Below, in pieces: positions 10,209 through 20,370 of a stretch of 64,000 nt of DNA (position 1 is the stretch's first letter; each line of letters starts with the position of its first letter). This DNA is from Candidatus Onthoplasma sp. (GTDB taxonomy: Bacteria > Bacillota > Clostridia > Christensenellales > UBA1242), in NCBI GenBank assembly GCA_045633705.1, contig JAZQYV010000005.1, positions 24,561-88,560 on the forward strand, written 5' to 3'. The notes below the pieces were generated by a model that saw only the letters and a list, made by a program, of their open reading frames with translations, was not told the origin of the DNA and did no database searches. Position numbers and translations under genes: made by a program.

Positions 10209-10880
10209 ATGGAAATTAGTGCAAAAATGGTTGCTGAACTTCGTCAAATGACAGGAGTTGGCATGATGGAATGTAAAAAGGCTTTAATTGAAGCTGAAGG
10301 CAATATGGACAAGGCTGTTAAAATCTTAAGCGAACAAGGCAAGGCTAAGGTTGCTAAGAAGGCTGGACGTATTGCTGCTGAAGGTGTGGTAGGTTACTAC
10401 GACCACATGAATATGCACCAAAAGTTTGCTATGGTAGAACTTAACTGCGAAACTGACTTTGCAGCTAAGAACCCTCAACTTTTCGCTACTGCTAAGGATT
10501 TGGCTATGCAAGTTGTTGCAACAAGCCCAATTGCGGTTAGACCTGAAGATTTGCCAGCAGGCTATGTTGATGAGCAAAAGGCTTTGTTCCTAGCTCAACT
10601 TAAAAATGACCCTAAAAATGCAAATAAACCTGAAGCTGTGCTTGAAAAGATTATCGAAGGTAAAATTAACAAGCACTTTGAAGAAGTTTGTTTGTTAAAT
10701 CAAGCATTCATCAAAGATGGCGACAAGACTGTTCAAGACGTTATTAACGACTTGACACTTGTTATCGGCGAAAAAATCACAGTTCGTAGATTTGTTCGTT
10801 GGGAAGTTGGTGAAGGTTTGGAAAAACGTCAAGATGACTTTGCTGCAGAAGTTGCTGCACAAGCCGGCGGAAACGTTTAA
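10209..10880 (+). CDS. tsf: Elongation factor Ts (short form, about 223 aa)
   Basis: ELRQMTGVGMMECKKAL and VELNCETDF; alternative start at 10200. Confidence 0.96.
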   Translation: MEISAKMVAELRQMTGVGMMECKKALIEAEGNMDKAVKILSEQGKAKVAKKAGRIAAEGVVGYYDHMNMHQKFAMVELNCETDFAAKNPQLFATAKDLAMQVVATSPIAVRPEDLPAGYVDEQKALFLAQLKNDPKNANKPEAVLEKIIEGKINKHFEEVCLLNQAFIKDGDKTVQDVINDLTLVIGEKITVRRFVRWEVGEGLEKRQDDFAAEVAAQAGGNV

Positions 10881-10900
10881 TTACATTTATTAAAACTTTT

Positions 10901-10936
10901 AAAAAAGTAGGTGTTGGTTGGAACGCCTATTTTTTT
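10901..10936 (+). terminator. Intrinsic terminator after tsf
   Basis: GTAGGTGTT / AACGCCTAT stem followed by T7. Confidence 0.75.
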
Positions 10937-11112
10937 ATGCTGATTTAGGTTGATAATATTAATATGTGTGTGGGCAATAATGTCTTCAAAAATATATAAA
11001 CTAATAAGGCAAGTATACGCCTATATATAAAAATTAAAAAAATCTAAAAAAGCGATACAAATTTACAATTAATATGTTATAATAGTTTTGTTAAAAGGAG
11101 TTTTATTATATT

Positions 11113-11616
11113 ATGGATAAGTATACCAAGTCTTTTGTTATGGTTTTTAGAATTCCAATAGGAATTATTTGTATTTTGGCGGGAATTGGATTAATAGGCC
11201 TGTCTGTTTGGGTTTCAACATTTTCAGATATTGCTAGCATGATATTCATAATATCGTTATTAGGTGGGGGATTTTCAATTAATTTGGGGATAGGGTATGC
11301 GTTTTTAGGTGATGAATATAAATCAACTCATATAGTTCGTGATGGTAATACCGTTTTTGCTCCAGTTGAGTCAACGAAGTTTTTGAAAAGAAGAAAAATA
11401 GTGACTTTTATAGGATTTATTTCATATATACTGCTGTCAATATATTACATTATAAGATTAATTTTAGTTAATAAATATATGAAGTATCTTCAACATATTA
11501 ATTTTAATACAAATGTTACCGCCTTAATTATTTTTGCAATTGTTTCTTTGGTTTTTGCTTTTTGTTTATTTATGATATACAAGCGAACTAAGCATATAGA
11601 CTTGAATGAAAAATAA
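11113..11616 (+). CDS. Hypothetical membrane protein (4 TM)
   Basis: Four hydrophobic segments, AAGGAG RBS, AT-rich. Confidence 0.75.
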   Translation: MDKYTKSFVMVFRIPIGIICILAGIGLIGLSVWVSTFSDIASMIFIISLLGGGFSINLGIGYAFLGDEYKSTHIVRDGNTVFAPVESTKFLKRRKIVTFIGFISYILLSIYYIIRLILVNKYMKYLQHINFNTNVTALIIFAIVSLVFAFCLFMIYKRTKHIDLNEK

Positions 11617-11710
11617 AGTTTAATAAAAATTATTAACAAAAAAGAACATATGGTTAAACACATGTTCTTTTTTATTGTATTTATTTTAAACCCATTATAA
11701 TTTAGGCCTG

Positions 11711-12487
11711 TTATTTTATATCCTTATGCATTTGCTTAGCGCAGGCGATAGCCAGCGGAATCATATGATTGCGACGGTCTAGTTCGTAGTTGCGTAGATG
11801 GCGTGGGTCCCAATAATCGCTATCAAGATTGTCTGCAGAATAGAACAATTGGCCATAATTGACCTTTCTAAACTTGGCAACAGCAATCATTGCCGAACAC
11901 TCCATATCTACAACTCTACAACCCATTTCTTTACGGCGCTTAACTTTGGCTTTGGTTTCGCGATAAAATGCATCATTGGTCCATGTTTTTGCCTTTATGT
12001 AACCATGTTCACGCTGCTTTAATACCTTTTCAAGGCATTTCACAACGCGCGCATTCATGCGGATTTCATCGTTTTTAGGGAAGTAGTGATAACTTGTACC
12101 CTCATCGCGTACGGCTTCGTGAGGTATAATTATTGAAAACTCTTCAATAGACTTGTCAAGGCAACCGCAAGAGCCTACCGCAACTAAGTTTTTAACACCA
12201 AGAGCAATCATTTCCTCAAACTGTAGCACTGAAGCGGGAGCCCCAATCATTGAACGATATACAGCAATATCAACGCCATCTTCACTTATTTTGTAGATGG
12301 GGAAACTACCTGAGCTATGGGATAACTCTGCAATCTTTTTGGGACGATACATTTCCACAAATTTTTGAGTTAGTGCCTTAGAGTAAAAGCATATTGCAGT
12401 CTTTGGAAAGTTTTTAATATTACGCGTAACCGATGCGTCTGGATTTACAACCGAGGACACCTCGTGGTCAAATTCATCTAAAATCAT
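11711..12487 (-). CDS. Nucleoside phosphorylase (uridine phosphorylase / PNP_UDP_1 family)
   Basis: IGAPAS, GSCG, RDEGTSYHY, WTNDAFYRET and VDMECSA. Confidence 0.9.
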   Translation of the reverse strand: MILDEFDHEVSSVVNPDASVTRNIKNFPKTAICFYSKALTQKFVEMYRPKKIAELSHSSGSFPIYKISEDGVDIAVYRSMIGAPASVLQFEEMIALGVKNLVAVGSCGCLDKSIEEFSIIIPHEAVRDEGTSYHYFPKNDEIRMNARVVKCLEKVLKQREHGYIKAKTWTNDAFYRETKAKVKRRKEMGCRVVDMECSAMIAVAKFRKVNYGQLFYSADNLDSDYWDPRHLRNYELDRRNHMIPLAIACAKQMHKDIK

Positions 12488-12721
12488 ATATACCCCTTAA
12501 TAAAGTTAGGCAAAAAGTTGATAAACAACAAATATATTTTGCCTAGATTATTATTTAATTTAAGTATATTAAAAAACAATAAAAAAAGCAAACACTTTTT
12601 ATATAATTAATTAAAGTGTTTAAAATATTTGACTTTATTAAATAAATTTTGTAACATATTTATAACAATTATAAAAGTTTGATAAGTTTTTACACATATT
12701 AAGGATATTAGGGGTAATAGT

Positions 12722-13249
12722 ATGATTGAAAATTATGAATACACATCTGAACAATTAGATGAATTAAAAAAATATAAAGTAATGAAGGTTTTGTTTTTGC
12801 TGTTAGGCTGTTTGGTATTGTTGTTGCAGTCTATTAGTTGGCTAGTAGTGTGGATGCGAGACATTCCAGTAAACCTTACCAATAAAATCTTTGTAACAAT
12901 TACGCTGGCTGCCACATTTTTCTTTGTAGCATCACAATGTTTTTTCTTAATTCGTAACAAGAAGATTACAAACATTGTTAAAACTGAAGGAAAGTATGTT
13001 GGCGCAAGATTAAAATTACGTTTTTCAAACAAGGGTTCTTGGGCGGGAGCATTTGTTGTGTTTTTTAGGATAATAGCTGTAGTATTTTTGGTGTTGCTGG
13101 GCATATTAATTGTAAGCTTTATTCAAAATTACTTAAGTTGGGGTAAAATCATATTAAAAATGCCGCTAATGGTGCTGTTGGCTGTTCAATTTTTAAATTT
13201 GTCAGCTGAAATCAGATACCAAACAATGCTTGAAAAAGATAAAAGATAA
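12722..13249 (+). CDS. Hypothetical membrane protein (4 TM)
   Basis: Four hydrophobic segments; AGGGG RBS. Confidence 0.75.
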   Translation: MIENYEYTSEQLDELKKYKVMKVLFLLLGCLVLLLQSISWLVVWMRDIPVNLTNKIFVTITLAATFFFVASQCFFLIRNKKITNIVKTEGKYVGARLKLRFSNKGSWAGAFVVFFRIIAVVFLVLLGILIVSFIQNYLSWGKIILKMPLMVLLAVQFLNLSAEIRYQTMLEKDKR

Positions 13250-13283
13250 AACAAAAAAATAAATGCAATTATGCATTTATTTT

Positions 13284-13820
13284 TTAATCCTCAATTATTT
13301 TTGCATACACGTGTTCAAATATACTAGGAGCCATTTCGCGCCATTTTTTGCAGGCAACAATTGCGTTGTGGCGTGTGTCAGTTTTGATTGATATATCAAA
13401 TATTGAATCAGTTGTAAGCGGCTCTAATATCCTTAATTCAACTGTGTATGAGCCATCAATGTTTTTGTAGTACTTACCAACATATTCTTGATTACGTTTA
13501 AAGTGTAATTTGTTTTCACTAGCAAACTTGGCAATTGAATTGCGCAAGCTTGCAGGGATTTTAGTAAAAAATTGTGACAAACATTCACGCCCCGCAACGG
13601 TTATATTATATCTACTTTCATTATTGGTTGTATTTGGCTTGTAAATAAATTTAGCGTTAAGCAATTGGTACAATAAATCTTTACAATCCATATAATTAAT
13701 CCAATTGTTTTGGCTAGAACATATTTCCAAAATAGAAATCTCAGTAAGAGGGATTTCCATCTTATCTAGTACAAACAATAGTATTAATTTATTGACAGTA
13801 TTATCAGCAACAAAATCCAT
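13284..13820 (-). CDS. DUF4364-like winged-helix protein
   Basis: KLILLFVLDK..PLT..NWINY..YNITVAGRECL pattern typical of the clostridial DUF4364 family. Confidence 0.7.
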   Translation of the reverse strand: MDFVADNTVNKLILLFVLDKMEIPLTEISILEICSSQNNWINYMDCKDLLYQLLNAKFIYKPNTTNNESRYNITVAGRECLSQFFTKIPASLRNSIAKFASENKLHFKRNQEYVGKYYKNIDGSYTVELRILEPLTTDSIFDISIKTDTRHNAIVACKKWREMAPSIFEHVYAKIIED

Positions 13821-14052
13821 AATTTCCTCGTAAAACTATAATAGCAAAAATATAAAAATTTGACAACTTTTTTAATGGGGGATTTTAAAAATATTATTAA
13901 AATTTAAAAGAATACCTAAACACAGATTACAAATTTAAATAATGTATTTTAAATTTGTTGCATTATAGATTTTGATTTTGTTATAATATAACCATATAAA
14001 AAGCTGTATAGTAAAGTTATGTTATTATTAACCTAGCTATTTAAGGGGGAGT

Positions 14053-14733
14053 ATGAACAATTTGGATTTAAAGCAGTTTAATAGCGCCTGTGATGATTTT
14101 GTTGCAGGCAAATATATATTGGCCAATATTAAGATTAAGGCGTTGATAAATATAATTAATCAAAATGAAAAGCTTACAGACATTGTATCAGGTTGTTTAG
14201 ATGGTTTTGATTTTAATATTGCTTTTAAGGAGAGTGTAACCAAAGATGGTCTAACTCTTCCAAGTGAAACTAAAAACATAGTGGCGTATTGTTTTAATGT
14301 ATTATATAACTTAGATGTTGGCACTGTAACATTTTTAGACTTTTTAAGTAAGTATTTTTCGTCAGCAAAATTAAGCGGTGGGGAAGAATTTAAACTATTT
14401 ACCAACACAATTGTTATACCATTTAAAAACGCCATAAATATTGAATACACCAACACGTACGAAATTACAGCAACTGAAGACTATCAAAACAATCTGTATC
14501 ACAAATTGAGTAGCATTGCACAAGCCAACATTGAAAACTTAGATGATATTAAGCTTAAAGATATAGAAAAAGAAGAACTGGAATTATTGCTTAATGCAAT
14601 GGTTGACGCCAGCAGTAAAAATGATAAAAATTTGGTGTATACGCTTATGGTTGGTATAGAATATTTTGTTAAATACAACAAACGTGCAAAACAGATATAT
14701 TTGCAATTAAAAGATTGTTTTACTCAAAATTAA
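14053..14733 (+). CDS. Hypothetical protein
   Basis: 226 aa ORF with AAGGGGGAG RBS. Confidence 0.75.
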   Translation: MNNLDLKQFNSACDDFVAGKYILANIKIKALINIINQNEKLTDIVSGCLDGFDFNIAFKESVTKDGLTLPSETKNIVAYCFNVLYNLDVGTVTFLDFLSKYFSSAKLSGGEEFKLFTNTIVIPFKNAINIEYTNTYEITATEDYQNNLYHKLSSIAQANIENLDDIKLKDIEKEELELLLNAMVDASSKNDKNLVYTLMVGIEYFVKYNKRAKQIYLQLKDCFTQN

Positions 14734-14776
14734 CCAACATATTGTGTATTATACAATTTTGACATACAATATACGG

Positions 14777-15727
14777 CTAAATCAATAAAAGCAACATTAT
14801 TACTGAAATGGCTCCAGTGATTAGGGCTTGCGTTATTTTTTGTTTTATGATGACGCTTTTTTTGATACCTATTTTGTTTAAAAATGCACAGCTTTGCAAC
14901 ATTATACAAACACCAGAAAAGGCAATTAAAATCGACGACAATACAATTTGTAGTGGAACAGAAATTGAAGCTGAACCCAACATTATAAGTCCATTTGTTA
15001 TTTCAATTATCCCACACAAAAAACTTAATACTACATCATAGTCGAAGCAATGAATTTTTGATATAAGATAAGCAAAGCAAGGTAAAATATTTGTTATATT
15101 AAGCAGCTCAATTATTACTGAAGAAAATATAATGTATCCACCAACAAGCAATATTGAAATTATGCTGTCGTACATAATGTCGTTAAGGCTTGTTTTTGAT
15201 ATAGTGGCTTTAAACTGATTTTGAGTAGAGAGTTTTCCTCGATATACAATGCCATTTATAAAACTACCTAGCACATGAGAGATAAGAAGAATGTAACCAA
15301 CTGTTACGTTTTTGAAAACACCAATCCCTATTGTACCAACAATAAACATTGGGCCTGATGTGGAGCAAAAACTGAACATTTTTGTAGCAGTGGCTTTATC
15401 GACATTTCCACTTTCGTAATAACTGCTAATCATCTTTGCGCCAACGGGATAACCCGATAGTAAGCTTAAAAAATATATAAGGCCCGAATTATTTGTGCGA
15501 AAAAATTTTGAAGTAAACCTATCTAAAGGCCTGATTGATGTTTGGTTAAGCGAAGTGATAATGCGTGTTAGTATAAAAAATGGCAACAATGCCGGAACTA
15601 CATTTAACAACCAAACTTTAGAACCTTTTAGCGTGGCTTGCATACAACTTGTGGGATTGATAATAAATAGTGTGATACAAAATAATAATATAATAGTTAA
15701 AATGGTTTTAGATTTTAATTTTGACAT
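14777..15727 (-). CDS. ylbJ: Sporulation integral membrane protein YlbJ
   Basis: VVPALLPFFI, SGYPVGAK, SGPMFIVG and GIIEITNG; divergent from a patatin gene as in ylbJ-ylbK; start reassigned to MSKLK. Confidence 0.85.
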   Translation of the reverse strand: MSKLKSKTILTIILLFCITLFIINPTSCMQATLKGSKVWLLNVVPALLPFFILTRIITSLNQTSIRPLDRFTSKFFRTNNSGLIYFLSLLSGYPVGAKMISSYYESGNVDKATATKMFSFCSTSGPMFIVGTIGIGVFKNVTVGYILLISHVLGSFINGIVYRGKLSTQNQFKATISKTSLNDIMYDSIISILLVGGYIIFSSVIIELLNITNILPCFAYLISKIHCFDYDVVLSFLCGIIEITNGLIMLGSASISVPLQIVLSSILIAFSGVCIMLQSCAFLNKIGIKKSVIIKQKITQALITGAISVIMLLLLI

Positions 15728-15732
15728 ATAAT

Positions 15733-15763
15733 ACATTATGAAAAATGCGTAAAACAATATGAC
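15733..15763 (-). promoter_or_regulatory. sigmaE-type promoter of ylbJ
   Basis: Minus strand GTCATAT-16bp-CATAATGT, then 5 nt to the ATG. Confidence 0.65.
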
Positions 15764-15812
15764 AGACCATATAAAATTGATTATCAAACGAATATAAAAT
15801 TTAAGGAGTAAT

Positions 15813-16607
15813 ATGAAAAAATTAGCATTAGTATTAGGTGGCGGAGCAACAAAAGGGTATGCTCATATAGGAGTGTTGCAAGTGTTGGAGCAACACGGCA
15901 TAAAGCCTGATTTGATTGTTGGGACAAGTATGGGAGCAATTGTTGGTGGGGCTTATGCGTCGGGTAAATCATGCGACTGTCTGGTAAACATTAGTCAAAA
16001 ATTCACACGTAAAAATTTAATGGACTTTAACCTGCTTAATCCATTTTTTACTACTGCGATTTTGAGTGGGAAAAAACTAAAGAAATTGTTAACTAAAGAA
16101 ATTGGTAACAAGCTGCACGCGGAAACAAGCATTCCATTTGTTGCAGTTGCTACTAATATCGATACGGGCAAATTAGAGATATTAAAAGAAGGCTTAGTGG
16201 TTGATAGCATGCTTGCAAGTTCTGCAATACCAGGCGTATTTCCAGTTGTTGAACGAAATGGAAAAACATTGTGTGATGGCGGTGTATTGAATAATGTTCC
16301 TGACGACATTGCACGCAAACTGAAAAAAGATTATATAGTATTATCGATTGACGTGATAGCAGATTATGCTAAACAGGTAGAAAATTGTAAATCCAAGATA
16401 GTTGGTGTAACAACAAATGCATTAACATTAATGCAAACCTATATAACAAAGCTAAAAGGTGACAACAGTGATTTAATAATAAGAATATCTCAACCTGATG
16501 TCTCCCAAATGAGCTTTGATGCAAACAGCGCTCAAAAATCGATTGATTATGGAGTTGCGGCAATGAATAAAAATATTAAAAATTTAAAAAAATTGTTAGA
16601 ATATTAA
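15813..16607 (+). CDS. Patatin-like phospholipase (YlbK-like)
   Basis: GGGATKG, GTSMG and DGG motifs. Confidence 0.92.
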   Translation: MKKLALVLGGGATKGYAHIGVLQVLEQHGIKPDLIVGTSMGAIVGGAYASGKSCDCLVNISQKFTRKNLMDFNLLNPFFTTAILSGKKLKKLLTKEIGNKLHAETSIPFVAVATNIDTGKLEILKEGLVVDSMLASSAIPGVFPVVERNGKTLCDGGVLNNVPDDIARKLKKDYIVLSIDVIADYAKQVENCKSKIVGVTTNALTLMQTYITKLKGDNSDLIIRISQPDVSQMSFDANSAQKSIDYGVAAMNKNIKNLKKLLEY

Positions 16608-16661
16608 AATTTGTGTGCTTTTTTGCTTTACAAAATTTATTAAGTGAGCTATTATAAATTC

Positions 16662-17624
16662 ATGGACATTATCAGTAGATTATATAATAAAGCAAAAGAA
16701 AAAAATGTAAAGATAACATTGCCCGAGGCAGTGTTAGACGAACGCGTGATGAAGGCTTCAATTAAACTGGTTGAAGATGGTATTTGCAATTTGGTATTAA
16801 TTGGCAAACCTGAACAATACCCTAAAGAACTTCGCACCAGCGAAAGGGTAACAATTATAAATCCTCATGCATTTGCGCGCAAAGAGGAAATGATTAAGTT
16901 GTTAATGTTAAAACGCAAGAAATACAATCTTACACGAGAACAGGCTCTTGAATGGTTGGAAGACCCTAGGTATTTTGCAACAATGCTGGTAGAGATGCAA
17001 ATAGCCGATGGAATAGTGCTTGGAGCTTATTACACTTCAGCAGATGCATTAAGGCCAGCCTTGCAAATTATTAAGGGCAAGGACGGCAAACATGTTGTCG
17101 GCTCTATGATTATCAATCGTGATGATTTTGCAGAACCTCATATATATGCCGATGTATCGTTAAATGCCAACCCAGATGCAACAATGTTGGCTGAAATTGG
17201 CGTTGCTGGTGCCGAGTTTTATGATAAGGTATTTAATCGTGAACCAAAGGTTGCATTTTTGTCATATTCAACTATGGGCAGCGCTGAAGGTGAGTTGGTA
17301 CAAAAAGTGCGAGAGGCAACTGCTATTGCAAAAAATAACAATGACTACATCATTGAGGGGGAAATGCAGTTTGATTCGGCTTTTGTGCCACAAGTTGCAA
17401 AAACCAAGTGTCCAAATTCATTTATTGCCGGTAAGGCAAATGTATTTGTGTTTCCAGATTTAAACTGCGGAAACATTGCTTATAAAATTGCTGAAAGGTT
17501 GGGGCATTGCCAAGCGGTTGGCCCTATAATGTTGAATTTTAAATATCCTGTTAACGACCTTTCACGCGGGTGTTCGGTTAAGGATATTTATGATACAGTG
17601 GTAATCACCACTTTACAAGTTTAA
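16662..17624 (+). CDS. pta: Phosphate acetyltransferase
   Basis: LSYSTMGS, GEMQFD, FPDLNCGNIAYK and NDLSRG; upstream of ackA. Confidence 0.93.
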   Translation: MDIISRLYNKAKEKNVKITLPEAVLDERVMKASIKLVEDGICNLVLIGKPEQYPKELRTSERVTIINPHAFARKEEMIKLLMLKRKKYNLTREQALEWLEDPRYFATMLVEMQIADGIVLGAYYTSADALRPALQIIKGKDGKHVVGSMIINRDDFAEPHIYADVSLNANPDATMLAEIGVAGAEFYDKVFNREPKVAFLSYSTMGSAEGELVQKVREATAIAKNNNDYIIEGEMQFDSAFVPQVAKTKCPNSFIAGKANVFVFPDLNCGNIAYKIAERLGHCQAVGPIMLNFKYPVNDLSRGCSVKDIYDTVVITTLQV

Positions 17625-17635
17625 GGAGAAAATTT

Positions 17636-18826
17636 ATGAAGATTTTAGTTATTAATGCGGGAAGTTCTTCCCTAAAGGCACAACTTATTGATAGTCACAC
17701 ATCAAAAGTTTATGCAAAATGCACATGCGAACGTATTGGCCTTGATGCATCATTTATTAAGTTTGAAAGCGATAAAGGTAAAACAAAACTTGATTATGTT
17801 ATGCGTGAACACACTGATGCAATCAAGGGCTTAATTGAGCTACTTTTAAGTGAAGATTATGGCTGCATTAGCAATATGAGTGAAATTGACGCTATTGGTC
17901 ATCGTATGGTGCACGGTGGCGAAAAGTTTACTAAGTCAGTAGTAGTAGATGAGCCTTTGATGAAAGTGCTTGAAGAAATGATTCCTCTTGCACCACTTCA
18001 TAATCCAGCAAATATTATTGGTATCCGCGCATGTATGGAGGCTATGCCAAACAAGAAAAACGTTGTAGTATTTGATACTGCTTTCCATGCTACAATGCCT
18101 AAAAAAGCATATATGTATGCAATCCCTTATGATATGTATACAAACCACCAAATTCGCCGTTATGGGTTCCATGGCAGCTCACACAGATATGTATCTGAAA
18201 AGCTTGGTGAAATGCTTGGCGGATTGCAAGGCAAAAAGGTTATTTCTTGCCATTTAGGTAATGGCAGTAGTATTACAGCCGTTAAGGACGGAAAGAGTGT
18301 TGACACATCAATGGGATATACTCCACTTGCGGGTGTTGTTATGGGCACACGTTCAGGCGATATTGACCCAGCAATCGTACAACAAATTATGAAGATTAAA
18401 GGTTTTGATATCGACCAAGCTATTCAATATTTAAACAAACAAAGCGGATTATTGGGCATTAATGGTGAAAGCAGCGATATGCGTGATATTGATGAAAAGT
18501 GCCAAACGGATGTAAGATATAAGCTAAGCTTTGATATGCTTTGCTATAGCATTAAAAAGTATATTGGCGCTTATGCAGCTGTTATGGGCGGTGTTGACGC
18601 AATCATCTTTACTGGCGGTATTGGCGAAAATGACGAGTTAGTGCGTGCAGAGGTTATGAAGGATATGGAATACTTGGGTGTTGACTTTGATTTTGAAAAG
18701 AATGCTACAATGCCTCGTGGTACAACTGAATGTATTACAAAGCCAGGTTCTAAAGTTCAAGTATATCGTATTCCTACAGATGAAGAGTATATTATTGCTC
18801 GTGATACTGAAATGCTTGTTAAATAA
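17636..18826 (+). CDS. ackA: Acetate kinase
   Basis: INAGSSSLK, GHRMVHGG, APLHNPAN, YGFHGSSH and TGGIGEN. Confidence 0.97.
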   Translation: MKILVINAGSSSLKAQLIDSHTSKVYAKCTCERIGLDASFIKFESDKGKTKLDYVMREHTDAIKGLIELLLSEDYGCISNMSEIDAIGHRMVHGGEKFTKSVVVDEPLMKVLEEMIPLAPLHNPANIIGIRACMEAMPNKKNVVVFDTAFHATMPKKAYMYAIPYDMYTNHQIRRYGFHGSSHRYVSEKLGEMLGGLQGKKVISCHLGNGSSITAVKDGKSVDTSMGYTPLAGVVMGTRSGDIDPAIVQQIMKIKGFDIDQAIQYLNKQSGLLGINGESSDMRDIDEKCQTDVRYKLSFDMLCYSIKKYIGAYAAVMGGVDAIIFTGGIGENDELVRAEVMKDMEYLGVDFDFEKNATMPRGTTECITKPGSKVQVYRIPTDEEYIIARDTEMLVK

Positions 18827-18962
18827 TAAATTAATAAAGAGTTTAGTAGGTTTCTAAACTCTTTTTTATAATTTTAAAATTTATAAACAAAATCGATTTA
18901 ACTATTGATATTTAATGTTTTCTGTGCTATATTATATTTAACAAAAGAAAGGAGATATTAAT

Positions 18963-19586
18963 ATGACGAGTTTATATAGGGAAATTGAAAAATTAAACAT
19001 GGAGAGAAACGAAGTGCATAATCAGCTAACAGCAATTGAGCATTCGCTTAAGATTGATAAGAAAAGTCTTGCGAAAGTAAACGGTCAATATATGGCTATT
19101 GATAGACAAATAAAAGAAATTGAAAAAGCACATAAAATTGGCATACATGAAATGAATGAGATGTTAAACAATCATACTGGAAAGAAGTATAAGCTAAAAG
19201 TTTTTCAAGAAATGCGATTTTATAATGGCAAAAATAATTATACACGCCACTTCGTTGCCTGCTATTTAAACAGAAATCACCCATATTATAGCAAAAAAGA
19301 TACAGAAATAATTTATTTGTTTCCACATGAATACACTGACCTTATACATTCACTAACTCCAGCGAATGCAATAATATTTTCATCTGATGACAGTATGAAT
19401 TTTGAGCCAATTGACCCATACATGTGCTTAGAAACTGTAAATTACACGCATTTACTTACAAGAGGGTATATTGATGAAGGCTTAATAAAGAAAGAATTTA
19501 TTGAAAAGGTTGCGCCACTAATTCGTCTTAAACTGGAACAAACTCTTGTTGAGAATGAAGAACAAGATTTAAATTATGGAATATAA
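18963..19586 (+). CDS. Hypothetical protein with N-terminal coiled coil
   Basis: AAGGAG RBS, own promoter-like TG-TATTAT; 207 aa. Confidence 0.7.
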   Translation: MTSLYREIEKLNMERNEVHNQLTAIEHSLKIDKKSLAKVNGQYMAIDRQIKEIEKAHKIGIHEMNEMLNNHTGKKYKLKVFQEMRFYNGKNNYTRHFVACYLNRNHPYYSKKDTEIIYLFPHEYTDLIHSLTPANAIIFSSDDSMNFEPIDPYMCLETVNYTHLLTRGYIDEGLIKKEFIEKVAPLIRLKLEQTLVENEEQDLNYGI

Positions 19587-19706
19587 AAATTATTAAAATT
19601 TGACATTAAATTTTTCAAAAACAGTTGACAAATGCTAAAATTTAGTGTAATATATATTCGTATTTATGGATTCGCTGTATAAGCGGAAATATTTTAGGAG
19701 GAAAAA

Positions 19707-19898
19707 ATGGCTGTACCAAAAAGAAAAGTTTCAAAGTCTAGACGTGATAAAAGAAAAGCAAATTGGAAGATATCTGTTCCATCAGTAGTAGAATGTCCAC
19801 ATTGCCACGAAAAGAAAGTTGCTCACCAAGTATGCAAAAACTGCGGATACTATGATGGTCAAGAAAGAATTGTTGTAGACGAGAAAAAAGACAAGTAA
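19707..19898 (+). CDS. rpmF: 50S ribosomal protein L32
   Basis: MAVPKRKVSKSRRDKR with CxxC..CxxC. Confidence 0.98.
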   Translation: MAVPKRKVSKSRRDKRKANWKISVPSVVECPHCHEKKVAHQVCKNCGYYDGQERIVVDEKKDK

Positions 19899-19900
19899 TT

Positions 19901-19933
19901 AAAAAAATGAGATGATTTCATCTCATTTTTTTT
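19901..19933 (+). terminator. Intrinsic terminator after rpmF
   Basis: A7-TGAGATG / CATCTCA-T8. Confidence 0.75.
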
Positions 19934-20000
19934 GTGCTTAAATTTTAAAATATGCTAAAAATAAGTAAAAATCTGAGGCTTAATGGCCTCTTTTTTGTAC

Positions 20001-20231
20001 TCATTTATATTTAATTTCAAATAGGTCATCAATTGATACATTAAACAATTCAACCAATTTTAGCAGGTTGACCAAGTTTGGCATACTTACATTGTTTTCA
20101 TAAGCCTGATAACTTTGCGTTTTTATGCCAATGCTTTCAGCAACTTGTTTTTGTGTTAGTTTTCGTGCCAATCTTTCGATTTTTAGGTTTGTGGCAAAGT
20201 TTTTGCAATACTTATAGAATATTTTCTCCAT
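20001..20231 (-). CDS. XRE family HTH regulator
   Basis: LKIERLARKLTQKQVAESIGI..YQAYEN..P..SIDDLF. Confidence 0.85.
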   Translation of the reverse strand: MEKIFYKYCKNFATNLKIERLARKLTQKQVAESIGIKTQSYQAYENNVSMPNLVNLLKLVELFNVSIDDLFEIKYK

Positions 20232-20243
20232 ACAACCATTTTA

Positions 20244-20289
20244 CAGTTTGAAACTGCATAGCGCACATAAATCAGTTTAAAACTGATTT
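20244..20289. promoter_or_regulatory. Two palindromic operator-like sites
   Basis: CAGTTTGAAACTG (20244-20256) and CAGTTTAAAACTG (20273-20285). Confidence 0.6.
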
Positions 20290-20370
20290 GGCCTTCTACA
20301 AGCACTATGATATGATACTATATAATTGGTAATTATATTAAAAATACAAAAGATTTTATGGAGGGAATTT